From Mycolicibacterium smegmatis (GTDB taxonomy: Bacteria; Actinomycetota; Actinomycetes; Mycobacteriales; Mycobacteriaceae), in the NCBI RefSeq assembly GCF_001457595.1, contig NZ_LN831039.1:3030001-3062000 (forward strand): 32,000 nt of DNA. Direction: 5' to 3'. Within the stretch, counting starts at the first letter, position 1, and each line of letters starts with the position of its first letter. The notes beneath the pieces are model-generated. The model saw nothing but the letters and a program-made list of their open reading frames with translations. It had not been told where the DNA came from and searched no databases. Below, piece by piece: positions 1 to 8,124 of the stretch. The position numbers and the translations under genes were made by a program.

Positions 1-42
1 TGCTGCCGAGTTCGAAGAGCGGTCTGAACCGAAGGGAAAACG

Positions 43-855
43 ATGACCACACAAACGAACTCGAACAGCATCCGGATCGGCGTGCAGTTGTGGCCGGGCG
101 GCGTCGCCGACTACCGCACCTGGCGTGACGCTGTCCTGAGAGCCGAAGAACTCGGTGTCGATGTGATCTTCGGCTACGACCACTTCCACCGCCCGACGGC
201 CGAGATCGTCGACGGCGGGCCGCGTCTGCTGCCTGATCAACCCGCCGTCAACAATTTCGAGGGCTGGACCGCGCTCGCATCCTGGGGCGAGATCACCACC
301 CGCACCGAGATCGGGTTGCTGGTCACCGGTATCGGCTACCGCAACCCCGACCTGCTTGCCGACATGGCCCGCACCGTGGACGGCCGACTCATCCTCGGCC
401 TCGGCTCTGGCTGGTACGAAAAGGACTACCACGATTACGGATACGAGTACGGCAGCGTCGCGTCGCGCATGGACCTGTTCGAGGCAGGCCTCGCGCGCAT
501 CGAGCAGCGGCTCGATCGGCTGGTGCCCGCGCCCCTGCGCCACATCCCGATCCTCATCGGTGGCGCCGGTGAGCGTCGGACCATGCCGCTGGTGGCCCGC
601 CACGCCGACATCTGGCACAGCTTCCTCGACATCGAGTCGTTCCGGAAGAAAAGCCAGTTGCTCGAACAGTTGGCCGACGGTGTCGATCGCGACCACAGGA
701 AGATCGACCGCGCCGTACAGTGGACGGGCGCCGACGAGGCCGGGGAGTACGTGGCAGAAGGGGTCACGTTGTTCACCGCTGTGATTCGTCCCGACACCAA
801 TGGCTACGAGTTCACCGAGGTGGAGAGCATGCTGGCCTGGCGCCGCGCTCAGTAG
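43..855 (+). CDS. LLM-class (luciferase-like) F420-dependent oxidoreductase
   Basis: ATG at 43 follows a purine-rich stretch (GAAGGGAAAA). The 270-aa ORF has luciferase-like TIM-barrel hallmarks (IRIGVQLWP, FGYDHF, LILGLGSGW, IPILIGGAG). Its size is typical of the short F420-dependent LLM family common in mycobacteria. Third codon positions are strongly G/C. Confidence 0.75.
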   Translation: MTTQTNSNSIRIGVQLWPGGVADYRTWRDAVLRAEELGVDVIFGYDHFHRPTAEIVDGGPRLLPDQPAVNNFEGWTALASWGEITTRTEIGLLVTGIGYRNPDLLADMARTVDGRLILGLGSGWYEKDYHDYGYEYGSVASRMDLFEAGLARIEQRLDRLVPAPLRHIPILIGGAGERRTMPLVARHADIWHSFLDIESFRKKSQLLEQLADGVDRDHRKIDRAVQWTGADEAGEYVAEGVTLFTAVIRPDTNGYEFTEVESMLAWRRAQ

Positions 856-878
856 CTAAAAACATGTGGTCTGCTCCG

Positions 879-2330
879 CTATCGAACCTGTGCGCGCAAC
901 GCGTCCGTGCCATGGCGGTGCAGATCCTCGGCGACACCGACCACGTAATCGGCGAAGTCGCGGCGCTGCGCCACGTCGGCCCCGACGATCGAAGGTTCGG
1001 TGACAAGTCGGCGAACGGCTGCGCCGACCGGCAGGCCGGCCGTCATGGCCGTGAGCTCATCCGCCCGTGGATCTGCCAGTGCGGTGGGCTGTCCGTCGGC
1101 GTCGACCGGATCGACGACGTGCAGGGCCCACCCCGCGATCCCCAGCGCCGCCCACCGCGCGGGCGTTCCCTGGCCGGCGCGTGCCGACACCGTGCGGAGC
1201 AGTCGGGGACCGATTTTCTGGGACCCGTCGGAGGCCACTTGGAGCGTGGTGTGGGGCAGTGCGGTATTGGCGAACCGGGCGAGCACCGATTCGCCGTAGT
1301 CGCCCACCTCGAGCCCGGCGGGCGCGTCGAGCGACGGACGCACATCGTCCGCGAACAGGCGTCGGCAGATGTCGGCCAGCACAGAGTCGTGGACGGCTTC
1401 GGCGATCGAGCGGTACCCGAGACGCAGGCCGAGGTAGGCGAGCGTGGAGTGCGCGGCGTTGAGAACTCGCAGTTTGAGCTGTTCCCACGGCGCGACATCG
1501 TCGACCAGCTGCGTCCCGACCGCCGACCAGGCGGGCACCGGCCCCGCGAAACGGGATTCGATGACCCATTGACGGAACGGCTCGCACATCACCGGTGCCT
1601 GGTCGCGCACTCCGATACTCCGGGACAGTGCGGCGATGTCCTCGTCGGTGGTTGCAGGGACGATGCGGTCGACGACCGTCGACGGGTATGTGACCGTGGC
1701 GCCGTCGTCGACGGAAAGACCTGCCGCATCGGAGAATTCGTGCACAATCTGCTGAAGAAGGCGTCCATTGTGGGGCAGGTTGTCGCAGGAGATCACGGTG
1801 AGGGGTCCCGCTCCGGAACGTGCTCGCCGCGCGATCGCGTGTGCGAGGACGCCGGGCACCGTGCGCGGCGCACCCGAGTGCAAGTCGTCGGCAATTCTCG
1901 GGTGGTCGAAATCCAGTCCACCGGTGGCGGGGTCGAGGCAGTAACCCTTCTCGGTCACCGTCAGCGTCACCACGTGCACGGCGGGGTCACAGATGCGCTC
2001 GACCATCGCGGTCGGATCGGCTGAGCCGTCGCCGACCTCACGCAACGCCCCGACGACGCGAGGCGGCGATGCTGCCGCGCCGCGTTCGGTGACCGTGTAG
2101 AGGCCGTCCTGCGGTCGCAAACGTGTCGCGGCGGCGCCGCTGCGCTGGGTGAATGCCGCGATCGCCCAGTGAGTTTCGCCGGTGTGCCGCATGGCATCCT
2201 CGGTGTAGATCGCCTGGTGGGCCCGGTGGAAGGCGCCGAGACCCAGGTGAACCTGGCCGACGGTGAGCGCGTTCGGATCAGGCCGGGGAGGGACGGCGGT
2301 GCCGTAGCTGCCGAGCTTGAGCAGGTTCAC
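879..2330 (-). CDS. Mannitol dehydrogenase-family oxidoreductase, fructuronate reductase (UxuB)-like
   Basis: The track ORF 879..2705 is over-extended with an Arg/Gly-rich N-terminus. GTG at 2330 gives VNLLKLGS...VHLGLGAFHRAHQ, with the same ~24-aa spacing to the Rossmann motif as E. coli UxuB. Family motifs TVTEKGY, SCDN, VDRIVPA, CEPFRQWVIE and DGSQK are present. The GTG overlaps the kdgK stop (GTGA at 2327-2330). Confidence 0.85.
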   Translation of the reverse strand: MNLLKLGSYGTAVPPRPDPNALTVGQVHLGLGAFHRAHQAIYTEDAMRHTGETHWAIAAFTQRSGAAATRLRPQDGLYTVTERGAAASPPRVVGALREVGDGSADPTAMVERICDPAVHVVTLTVTEKGYCLDPATGGLDFDHPRIADDLHSGAPRTVPGVLAHAIARRARSGAGPLTVISCDNLPHNGRLLQQIVHEFSDAAGLSVDDGATVTYPSTVVDRIVPATTDEDIAALSRSIGVRDQAPVMCEPFRQWVIESRFAGPVPAWSAVGTQLVDDVAPWEQLKLRVLNAAHSTLAYLGLRLGYRSIAEAVHDSVLADICRRLFADDVRPSLDAPAGLEVGDYGESVLARFANTALPHTTLQVASDGSQKIGPRLLRTVSARAGQGTPARWAALGIAGWALHVVDPVDADGQPTALADPRADELTAMTAGLPVGAAVRRLVTEPSIVGADVAQRRDFADYVVGVAEDLHRHGTDALRAQVR

Positions 2331-3250
2331 GCGAGGACCTCCGCGTGCGCACGCACGGCCTCCAGTGGCGCGATGCCGCCGCTGCCACCGACACCACCGA
2401 CGGCCAGTGACGCCGCCGCGGCACCGATCCGCACCGCGTCGGACGTTTCGTCGCCGAGAGCCAGACGTGCCGCGACGGTACCGGTGAACACATCGCCGGC
2501 ACCGGTCTGATCCACCACACTGGGGGCCGCGAAAGCCCCCTGCCAGTATGTGGTTTCGGCGTCGACATGGACACCCGCGGCGCCGCACGTCACGGCGACC
2601 GCCGCAGCGCCTGCAGTTCGCAACCGCGCGGCGGCCTCGGCCGCCTCGGAGGTGCCGAGCAGTGCCGCGCACTCGTGCGGGGCCGACGGTGTGATCAGCG
2701 CACACCTCGGCGCGATCTCGAGCAGCAGGGCGCGTGCGTCCTCCGCCGTGGTCAGGCGCGGACGGAAATTGGGGTCGTAGACGAATCTGGTGGCCCGGCC
2801 GGCTGCGGCGAGCACGGTCGCACGAGTGGTGCTCGACAGTGATGCGGTGATCCCGCTGACCACCACGGCTCCTGCGCTCTCCAGAACATCGTCGGGCAGA
2901 TCCTCCGGCGCGAGCCGCGAACCGGCGGAACCGCTCCGGGCATAACAGAACTGACGATCACCCTTGGGGTCGGAATGCTGGACGTAGATGCCCTGGAAGC
3001 CTCGGTCACGCCGGATGTGACCGGTGTGCACACCGAGACCCGCGAGGTGGTCGATGACGGCCGTGCCGAGTTCGTCGTCGGAGACCCGGGCGACCACCGC
3101 GACGCGTGCTCCGGCCGCCACCGCGGCCGTGGCCGTGTTCACCACGTCGCCGGACACCGCGAATCCGCAGTCCACGCCGTGCGTGATCTTTCCGCGGGTA
3201 CTGACCTCGATGAGCGGCTCGCCGAGTGCCACCACGTCGAACGTGCTCAC
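2327..3250 (-). CDS. kdgK: PfkB-family sugar kinase, 2-keto-3-deoxygluconate kinase-like
   Basis: 307-aa ORF with the PfkB signature DQTGAGDVF near the C-terminus and a KDG-kinase-like N-terminus (ALGEPLIE). GTG start at 3250 overlaps the manD stop (GTGA at 3247-3250). Lies between manD and the uxuB-like gene. Confidence 0.75.
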   Translation of the reverse strand: MSTFDVVALGEPLIEVSTRGKITHGVDCGFAVSGDVVNTATAAVAAGARVAVVARVSDDELGTAVIDHLAGLGVHTGHIRRDRGFQGIYVQHSDPKGDRQFCYARSGSAGSRLAPEDLPDDVLESAGAVVVSGITASLSSTTRATVLAAAGRATRFVYDPNFRPRLTTAEDARALLLEIAPRCALITPSAPHECAALLGTSEAAEAAARLRTAGAAAVAVTCGAAGVHVDAETTYWQGAFAAPSVVDQTGAGDVFTGTVAARLALGDETSDAVRIGAAAASLAVGGVGGSGGIAPLEAVRAHAEVLA

Positions 3251-4455
3251 CAGTCGTGCACCGAACCGTCGGCACGACGGTTGACCGGAAGGGATTTCGG
3301 GTCGTACGGAAAACGCGCGGCGGCCTGTTCGTCGACCTCGACACCGAGTCCGGGTGCATCGCCGGGATGCATCAGCCCGTTCTGGAACGTCCAGTTGGTG
3401 CGGAACACCTCGTCGGCCGGTTCTACGTGACCCATGTACTCCTGGACGCCGAAGTTCGGCACCGACATGTCGATGTGCAGCGCCGCGGCGAACGACACGG
3501 GGGACAGGTCACCGGCCCCGTGGGATCCCGTTCGCACACCGTACAATTCGGCCAGCGCGAAGATCCTGCGCAGATGTGTCACACCGCCCGCGTGGGACAC
3601 CGAGGTGCGGATGTAGTCGATCAGGCGCTCGGTGATCAGGTGCTGGCAGTCCCAGATCGAGTTGAACACCTCACCGACCGCGAGTGGGGTGGTGGTGTTC
3701 TGCCGGATCAGGCGGAACGCCTCCTGGTCCTCGGCCGGCGTGGGGTCCTCCATCCAGAACAACCGGTGCTCTTCGACATCTCGGCCCAGCCGGGCCGCCT
3801 CAATCGGGCTGAGCCGGTGATGGACGTCGTGCAGCAGGTGCACGTCGAATCCGAAACGTTCGCGGACGGCCCCGAGCATACGCGGTGCGAAGCGCAGGTA
3901 CGGGCCGGTCTCCCAACTCTCCTCGGCAGGCAGATGCGCGGACGCGGGTTCGTACAGCGACGAGCCGGGATGCACGCCGTAGACCTTGCCCATCCCGGGC
4001 ACCGCGCACTGGGCCCGCACGGCGCGGTAACCGCGGTCGACGTACCCGGCGAAGTCGTCGAGCATCTCTTCGAGGCTCGCACCGCTGGCGTGCCCGTAGA
4101 CCATCACGCCGTCGCGCGCCGCACCGCCCAGTAGCTGGTAGAGCGGCATCCCGGCGGCCTTGCCCTTGATGTCCCACAACGCGATGTCGACCGCGGCGAT
4201 CGCGGTCATCGTGACCGGGCCCCGGCGCCAGTAGGCGCCCTTGTAGAAGTACTGCCAGGTGTCCTCGATGCGCTGGGCGTCGCGGCCGATGAGTTGCGGA
4301 CACACGTGGTCTCGCAGATAGGACGCGACGGCGAGTTCACGGCCGTTGAGCGTTGCGTCGCCCCAGCCCACCAGACCATCGTCGGTGGTGATCTTGAGGG
4401 TGACGTAGTTGCGTCCTGGTGCCGTGACGAGCACATCCGCGGCGACGATCTTCAT
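3247..4455 (-). CDS. manD: D-mannonate dehydratase, enolase superfamily (ManD subgroup)
   Basis: Starting at ATG 4455 ([11 protein letters not shown]...) matches the usual ManD N-terminus; the track ORF begins 12 codons earlier at a TTG. Diagnostic stretches are [29 protein letters not shown] and ALWDIKGK. The metal/acid-base triplets are HDVHH, WMEDP and AVGEVF. Confidence 0.88.
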   Translation of the reverse strand: MKIVAADVLVTAPGRNYVTLKITTDDGLVGWGDATLNGRELAVASYLRDHVCPQLIGRDAQRIEDTWQYFYKGAYWRRGPVTMTAIAAVDIALWDIKGKAAGMPLYQLLGGAARDGVMVYGHASGASLEEMLDDFAGYVDRGYRAVRAQCAVPGMGKVYGVHPGSSLYEPASAHLPAEESWETGPYLRFAPRMLGAVRERFGFDVHLLHDVHHRLSPIEAARLGRDVEEHRLFWMEDPTPAEDQEAFRLIRQNTTTPLAVGEVFNSIWDCQHLITERLIDYIRTSVSHAGGVTHLRRIFALAELYGVRTGSHGAGDLSPVSFAAALHIDMSVPNFGVQEYMGHVEPADEVFRTNWTFQNGLMHPGDAPGLGVEVDEQAAARFPYDPKSLPVNRRADGSVHDW

Positions 4456-4494
4456 GCTTACATACAAGTACTGACGCGCAAGATCTGTCAACAG
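4456..4494 (-). promoter_or_regulatory. Promoter/operator module copy 1 (CTGTTGACA-N17-CTTGTATGTAAG), abutting the manD start
   Basis: On the minus strand it reads CTGTTGACAGATCTTGCGCGTCAGTACTTGTATGTAAGC, followed directly by the ATG. It is 29/39 identical, without gaps, to 5269-5307. It contains a perfect TTGACA hexamer inside a CTGT-TG-ACAG inverted repeat. Confidence 0.55.
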
Positions 4495-4520
4495 GGCAGG
4501 TATTCCAATAAGCTGTCTCC

Positions 4521-5228
4521 ATGACGGCGCCGAAGCAGGGTACGAACCGTGAACGTGTGTATGCCGAGCTGCGGCGACAGATCGTCACCCTGGCGCTCGC
4601 GCCCGGCGCCTCGCTGTCGGAGAACGAACTCGCCGCGCAGCTCTCGGTGAGTCGCACACCGGTCCGGGAGAGCCTGATCCTGCTCGCTGACGAGGGCCTG
4701 GTGCAGATCTTTCCCAAGCTGGGCTCCTTCGTGGCCAGGATCGACCCCGAACGTGTGGCCGACGCGCAGTTCATCCGCGAGGCGATCGAACTCGCCAACA
4801 TCCCGCAGGCCGTGGAACGTGCCGATCGCGCCGCGATCGCGGAGTTGCGTGCGCTGATCGCGGCGCAGCGCGAGACCACCGACGTCAACACCTTTTTCGA
4901 ACTCGACGAACAGTTCCACCGATGCCTGCTCGCCACCGGTGGCCACGCCAACGCCTGGCGGACCGTCGTGGCCGCCAAAGCCCACCTGGACCGGGCGCGT
5001 CGACTCGGGATGCTCAGTGAGAGCTCGATCCAGTCGTTGACGGACGAGCATGCCGCCATCGTCGACGCGGTGGACGGCGGTGACGGCGACAAGGCGACCG
5101 CGGCACTGCGGGATCACCTGCGCAAGGTGTTCACCGACATCGAGAAGATCCGCTCACGTTCTCCTGAGCTGTTCGCCGACGGAGCCACCGCTCGCCCCAC
5201 GCGTCGTGTCGTAGCCGTCTGGCAGTAG
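4521..5228 (+). CDS. GntR-family transcriptional regulator, FadR subfamily (FCD domain)
   Basis: N-terminal winged HTH ([30 protein letters not shown]) followed by an all-helical FCD-type C-terminal domain. Divergent from manD with a 65-bp spacer. No SD is visible; TAAGCT (4509-4514) lies 6 nt upstream of the ATG. Confidence 0.88.
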   Translation: MTAPKQGTNRERVYAELRRQIVTLALAPGASLSENELAAQLSVSRTPVRESLILLADEGLVQIFPKLGSFVARIDPERVADAQFIREAIELANIPQAVERADRAAIAELRALIAAQRETTDVNTFFELDEQFHRCLLATGGHANAWRTVVAAKAHLDRARRLGMLSESSIQSLTDEHAAIVDAVDGGDGDKATAALRDHLRKVFTDIEKIRSRSPELFADGATARPTRRVVAVWQ

Positions 5229-5268
5229 GTCGCTGCGCGCCGTTCAGTGGCGATCTTGTCGGTACCGA

Positions 5269-5307
5269 CTGTTGACAAGGCTTGGCTCTCAGGGCTTGTA
5301 TGTAAGT
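5269..5307 (+). promoter_or_regulatory. Promoter/operator module copy 2, upstream of the transporter/dehydrogenase operon
   Basis: CTGTTGACAAGGCTTGGCTCTCAGGGCTTGTATGTAAGT has the same two conserved blocks with identical spacing as copy 1. It ends 66 nt before the MFS start at 5374. Confidence 0.55.
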
Positions 5308-5373
5308 AATGCCGCTCACATCCGCTCGTCGCGGGAGCTCTTGCCCGGCCGCCTCAGCAGCAAGGAACGCACG

Positions 5374-6723
5374 ATGACCAACAACGTGGAAACGCCACGG
5401 GACACACAGAACGAATCGAACCGGGCGACGCCGAATCTGCGCAGGACCGTCCTCGCCTCGGTGATCGGCACGATCGCCGAGTATTACGACTTCTTCATCT
5501 ACGGCACCGCGTCGGCGTTGGTGTTCAACAAGATCTTCTTCCCCGAAGTCGACCCGTTGGTGGGCACCCTCGCGGCCTTCTCGACCTACGCGGTGGGATT
5601 CTTCGCGCGTCCGCTCGGCGGGATCGTGTGGGGTCACGTCGGTGACCGCATCGGCAGGAAGAAGGCATTGGTCTTCACCCTGCTTCTCACAGGGTTCGGC
5701 ACGTTCCTGGTCGGTGTGATGCCGACGTATCAGCAGATCGGCCTGTGGGCCGCGGTCGTTCTCCTCGTGGTCCGGTTGATCCAGGGCTTCGGTGTCGGCG
5801 GCGAGCAAGGTGGTGCGGTCCTGCTGACAGCCGAGGCGTCACCGCCGCAACGCCGCGGATTCTTCGCGAGCTTCGTCCAACTCGGTTCTCCCGTCGCCTA
5901 TCTCATTCCCACTGCGCTTTTCGCGGTGTTGCAGGCACGTATGGACGACGAGACGTTCCTGTCCTGGGGCTGGCGAATCCCGTTCCTGCTCAGCGCCATC
6001 GTGATCGTCGTCGGTCTCTACATCCGGCTGCGGGTGCCCGAAACCGAGGCGTTCCGGGCCGTGAAGGAACAAGGCGGCCGACGCCCGGCACCGCTGCGCA
6101 CCCTGTTGGCCGACCATCGGCGCGAGGTGATCGGCGGCATGGCGGTCAAGTTCGTCGAGGCCGCGATGTTCCCCTTCTACACGATCTTTCTCGTCACCTA
6201 CGCACGTAGCCAGAACGTCGACCCCGCAATAGTTCTCGACGCGGTGATCATTGCGATCGTCGCCGAGGTGGTCATGGTGCCGCTGTGGGGCAGGCTCACC
6301 GACCGGGTCGGGCGCAAACCCGTCTACCTCGGCGCGGCGGTGCTGAACCTCGTGCTGCTGATCCCGGCCTTCCACGCGGTCCAGACCGGAAACTTCATGG
6401 TGATCGCCGCACTGCTGATCGCCGGCCTCGCAGTGGGGCACGCCGGGACCTACGCGCCGCAGGCGTCGTACTTCCCCGAATTGTTCCCGTCCTCGGTGCG
6501 CTACAGCGGCGTGTCGGTCGTCTGGCAGTTCGGCGCGATGATCGCGAGCGGACCTTTCACCGTCATCGCCGCGGCGCTTCTCATCGCCGGGAACAGCTCG
6601 TATGTCTGGGTGGCCGTCTATGTGGCGGTGTTGATCCTCATCAGCATCTTCGCGCTGGTGCGGATGCCAGAAACCGCGGTGCGCCCCCGTGGGGGCACCG
6701 AGTACGCCGACTGGTCGAACTGA
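5374..6723 (+). CDS. MFS transporter, metabolite:H+ symporter (MHS) family
   Basis: The track ORF starts at 5272 with a non-ATG codon inside the regulatory module. ATG 5374 has AAGGAA 6 nt upstream. It gives a 449-aa, roughly 12-TM protein with MHS hallmarks (GTIAEYYDFFIYG, GHVGDRIGRKK, RLIQGFGVGGE, WGWRIPFL). Confidence 0.85.
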   Translation: MTNNVETPRDTQNESNRATPNLRRTVLASVIGTIAEYYDFFIYGTASALVFNKIFFPEVDPLVGTLAAFSTYAVGFFARPLGGIVWGHVGDRIGRKKALVFTLLLTGFGTFLVGVMPTYQQIGLWAAVVLLVVRLIQGFGVGGEQGGAVLLTAEASPPQRRGFFASFVQLGSPVAYLIPTALFAVLQARMDDETFLSWGWRIPFLLSAIVIVVGLYIRLRVPETEAFRAVKEQGGRRPAPLRTLLADHRREVIGGMAVKFVEAAMFPFYTIFLVTYARSQNVDPAIVLDAVIIAIVAEVVMVPLWGRLTDRVGRKPVYLGAAVLNLVLLIPAFHAVQTGNFMVIAALLIAGLAVGHAGTYAPQASYFPELFPSSVRYSGVSVVWQFGAMIASGPFTVIAAALLIAGNSSYVWVAVYVAVLILISIFALVRMPETAVRPRGGTEYADWSN

Positions 6724-6747
6724 TCGCCCGAAAGGATCACCCCTTCG

Positions 6748-8124
6748 ATGTCCAACACCGTCGACAGTTCACCGGCACGTGCCACGACGCGGACCACCGG
6801 GGACCTGGCCAAGGCAGCGGTATCCGGATGGCTCGGCACCGCAATGGAGTTCATGGACTTCCAGCTCTACTCGCTGGCGGCTGCCATCGTCTTCAACAAG
6901 ATCTTCTTCCCCGATGTGAGCCCGGCCATCGGCCTCATCGCGGCGATGGCGACCTACGGGGTGGGTTACGTCGCGCGTCTGGCCGGAGCCATCTTCTTCG
7001 GGCGCATGGGCGACCGCATCGGTCGCAAGAAGGTCCTGTTCATCACCATCGCCATGATGGGTGCGTCGACCACGCTGATCGGTGTCCTGCCCACCCACGC
7101 GACCATCGGGATCATGGCGCCGATCCTGCTGGTGGCCCTGCGGCTGATCCAGGGATTCGGTGCGGGGGCCGAGATCGCCGGTGCCACAACCATGCTCGCC
7201 GAATACGCGCCGCCGAAACGGCGTGGCCTGATCGCGTCGCTGGTCTGCCTGGGCACCAACTCGGGCACGCTCGCGGCTTCCGGTCTGTGGGCCGTGCTGC
7301 TCGCGGTTCTCAGTGAGGAACAACTCCTGAGTTGGGGCTGGCGGATACCGTTCCTGCTCAGCTTCGTGCTGATGCTCTTCGCGATCTGGCTGAGGCTGAA
7401 TCTCAAGGAAAGCCCGGTGTTCGAGGAACGCCCCGACGTCGTCGACGGTGTCGCGCTGTCGCGTGACCAACTCGAGGCCGCGGCGTCGCGGGAGAGCGTG
7501 CTGGAAGCCGGCCTGCGTCAGCGGAAAGGCAAGGCGTTCCTGGTCGCGCTCGGTCTGCGGTTCGGCCAGGCCGGCAATTCCGGACTGGTGCAGACGTTCC
7601 TGGTCGGCTACATCGCCACGACGCTGATGATGAACAAGTCGGTGGCCACCAGTGCGATCATGTACGGCTCCCTGGTCGGGTTCATCACCATCCCGATCGT
7701 CGGCTGGTTGGGCGACCGGTACGGGCGGCGCTTGATCTACATCGTGCTGACGACGCTGACCGCGATCCTGGCCTTTCCGTTGATGATCGGTGTCACCAGC
7801 GGCAGCGACACCGTCATGGTGCTGTCGATGATGATCGCCCTCAACGTCGGTGTGCTCGGTCTGTTCTCGCTGGAGAGTGTGACCATGGCAGAACTGTTCG
7901 GCTCGCGCACCCGGTTCACGCAACTGGCCCTCACCAAGGAGATCGGCGGGATCCTCGCCACCGCCATCGGACCGGTGGTCGCCGCGAGCCTGACCGCGGC
8001 GACCGGAAGCTGGTGGCCGATTGCGGCGATGCTGGTGGTGTATTCGCTCATTACGCTGGTGTCGGCGGTGCTCAGCCCAGAGACCCGCGGCCGGGATCTC
8101 GTGCAACTGGAGGATGCCCTGTGA
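6748..8124 (+). CDS. MFS transporter, MHS family (paralogue of the preceding gene)
   Basis: ATG 6748 is preceded by AAAGGA. It carries the same family motifs (GTAMEFMDFQLYS, GRMGDRIGRKK, RLIQGFGAGAE, WGWRIPFL). Starts 24 bp after the previous stop. Confidence 0.88.
   Translation: MSNTVDSSPARATTRTTGDLAKAAVSGWLGTAMEFMDFQLYSLAAAIVFNKIFFPDVSPAIGLIAAMATYGVGYVARLAGAIFFGRMGDRIGRKKVLFITIAMMGASTTLIGVLPTHATIGIMAPILLVALRLIQGFGAGAEIAGATTMLAEYAPPKRRGLIASLVCLGTNSGTLAASGLWAVLLAVLSEEQLLSWGWRIPFLLSFVLMLFAIWLRLNLKESPVFEERPDVVDGVALSRDQLEAAASRESVLEAGLRQRKGKAFLVALGLRFGQAGNSGLVQTFLVGYIATTLMMNKSVATSAIMYGSLVGFITIPIVGWLGDRYGRRLIYIVLTTLTAILAFPLMIGVTSGSDTVMVLSMMIALNVGVLGLFSLESVTMAELFGSRTRFTQLALTKEIGGILATAIGPVVAASLTAATGSWWPIAAMLVVYSLITLVSAVLSPETRGRDLVQLEDAL

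Noticed and set aside
720-2024. 434-aa plus-strand ORF antisense to the UxuB-like gene
   Set aside because: It is an Arg/Gly/His-rich, low-complexity translation with no recognisable motifs. It lies entirely opposite a gene with clear family motifs. This is a typical shadow ORF of high-GC DNA, where stop codons are rare in several frames.
879-2705. Long N-terminal extensions in the ORF track (879..2705, 8013..9095, 9957..11603, 13108..14082, 18964..20601, 19914..20936, 21798..23738, 26950..27642, 27093..28307, 27953..29218, 28995..30380)
   Set aside because: The extensions overlap upstream genes, are Arg-rich and lack homology to family N-termini. Internal ATG/GTG starts coincide with GTGA/ATGA overlaps or SD-like sequences and restore normal protein lengths.
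6769-8106. 445-aa minus-strand ORF antisense to the second MHS transporter
   Set aside because: Same reasoning: an Arg/Asp/His/Gln-rich nonsense-like sequence, while the sense strand encodes a textbook MFS protein.
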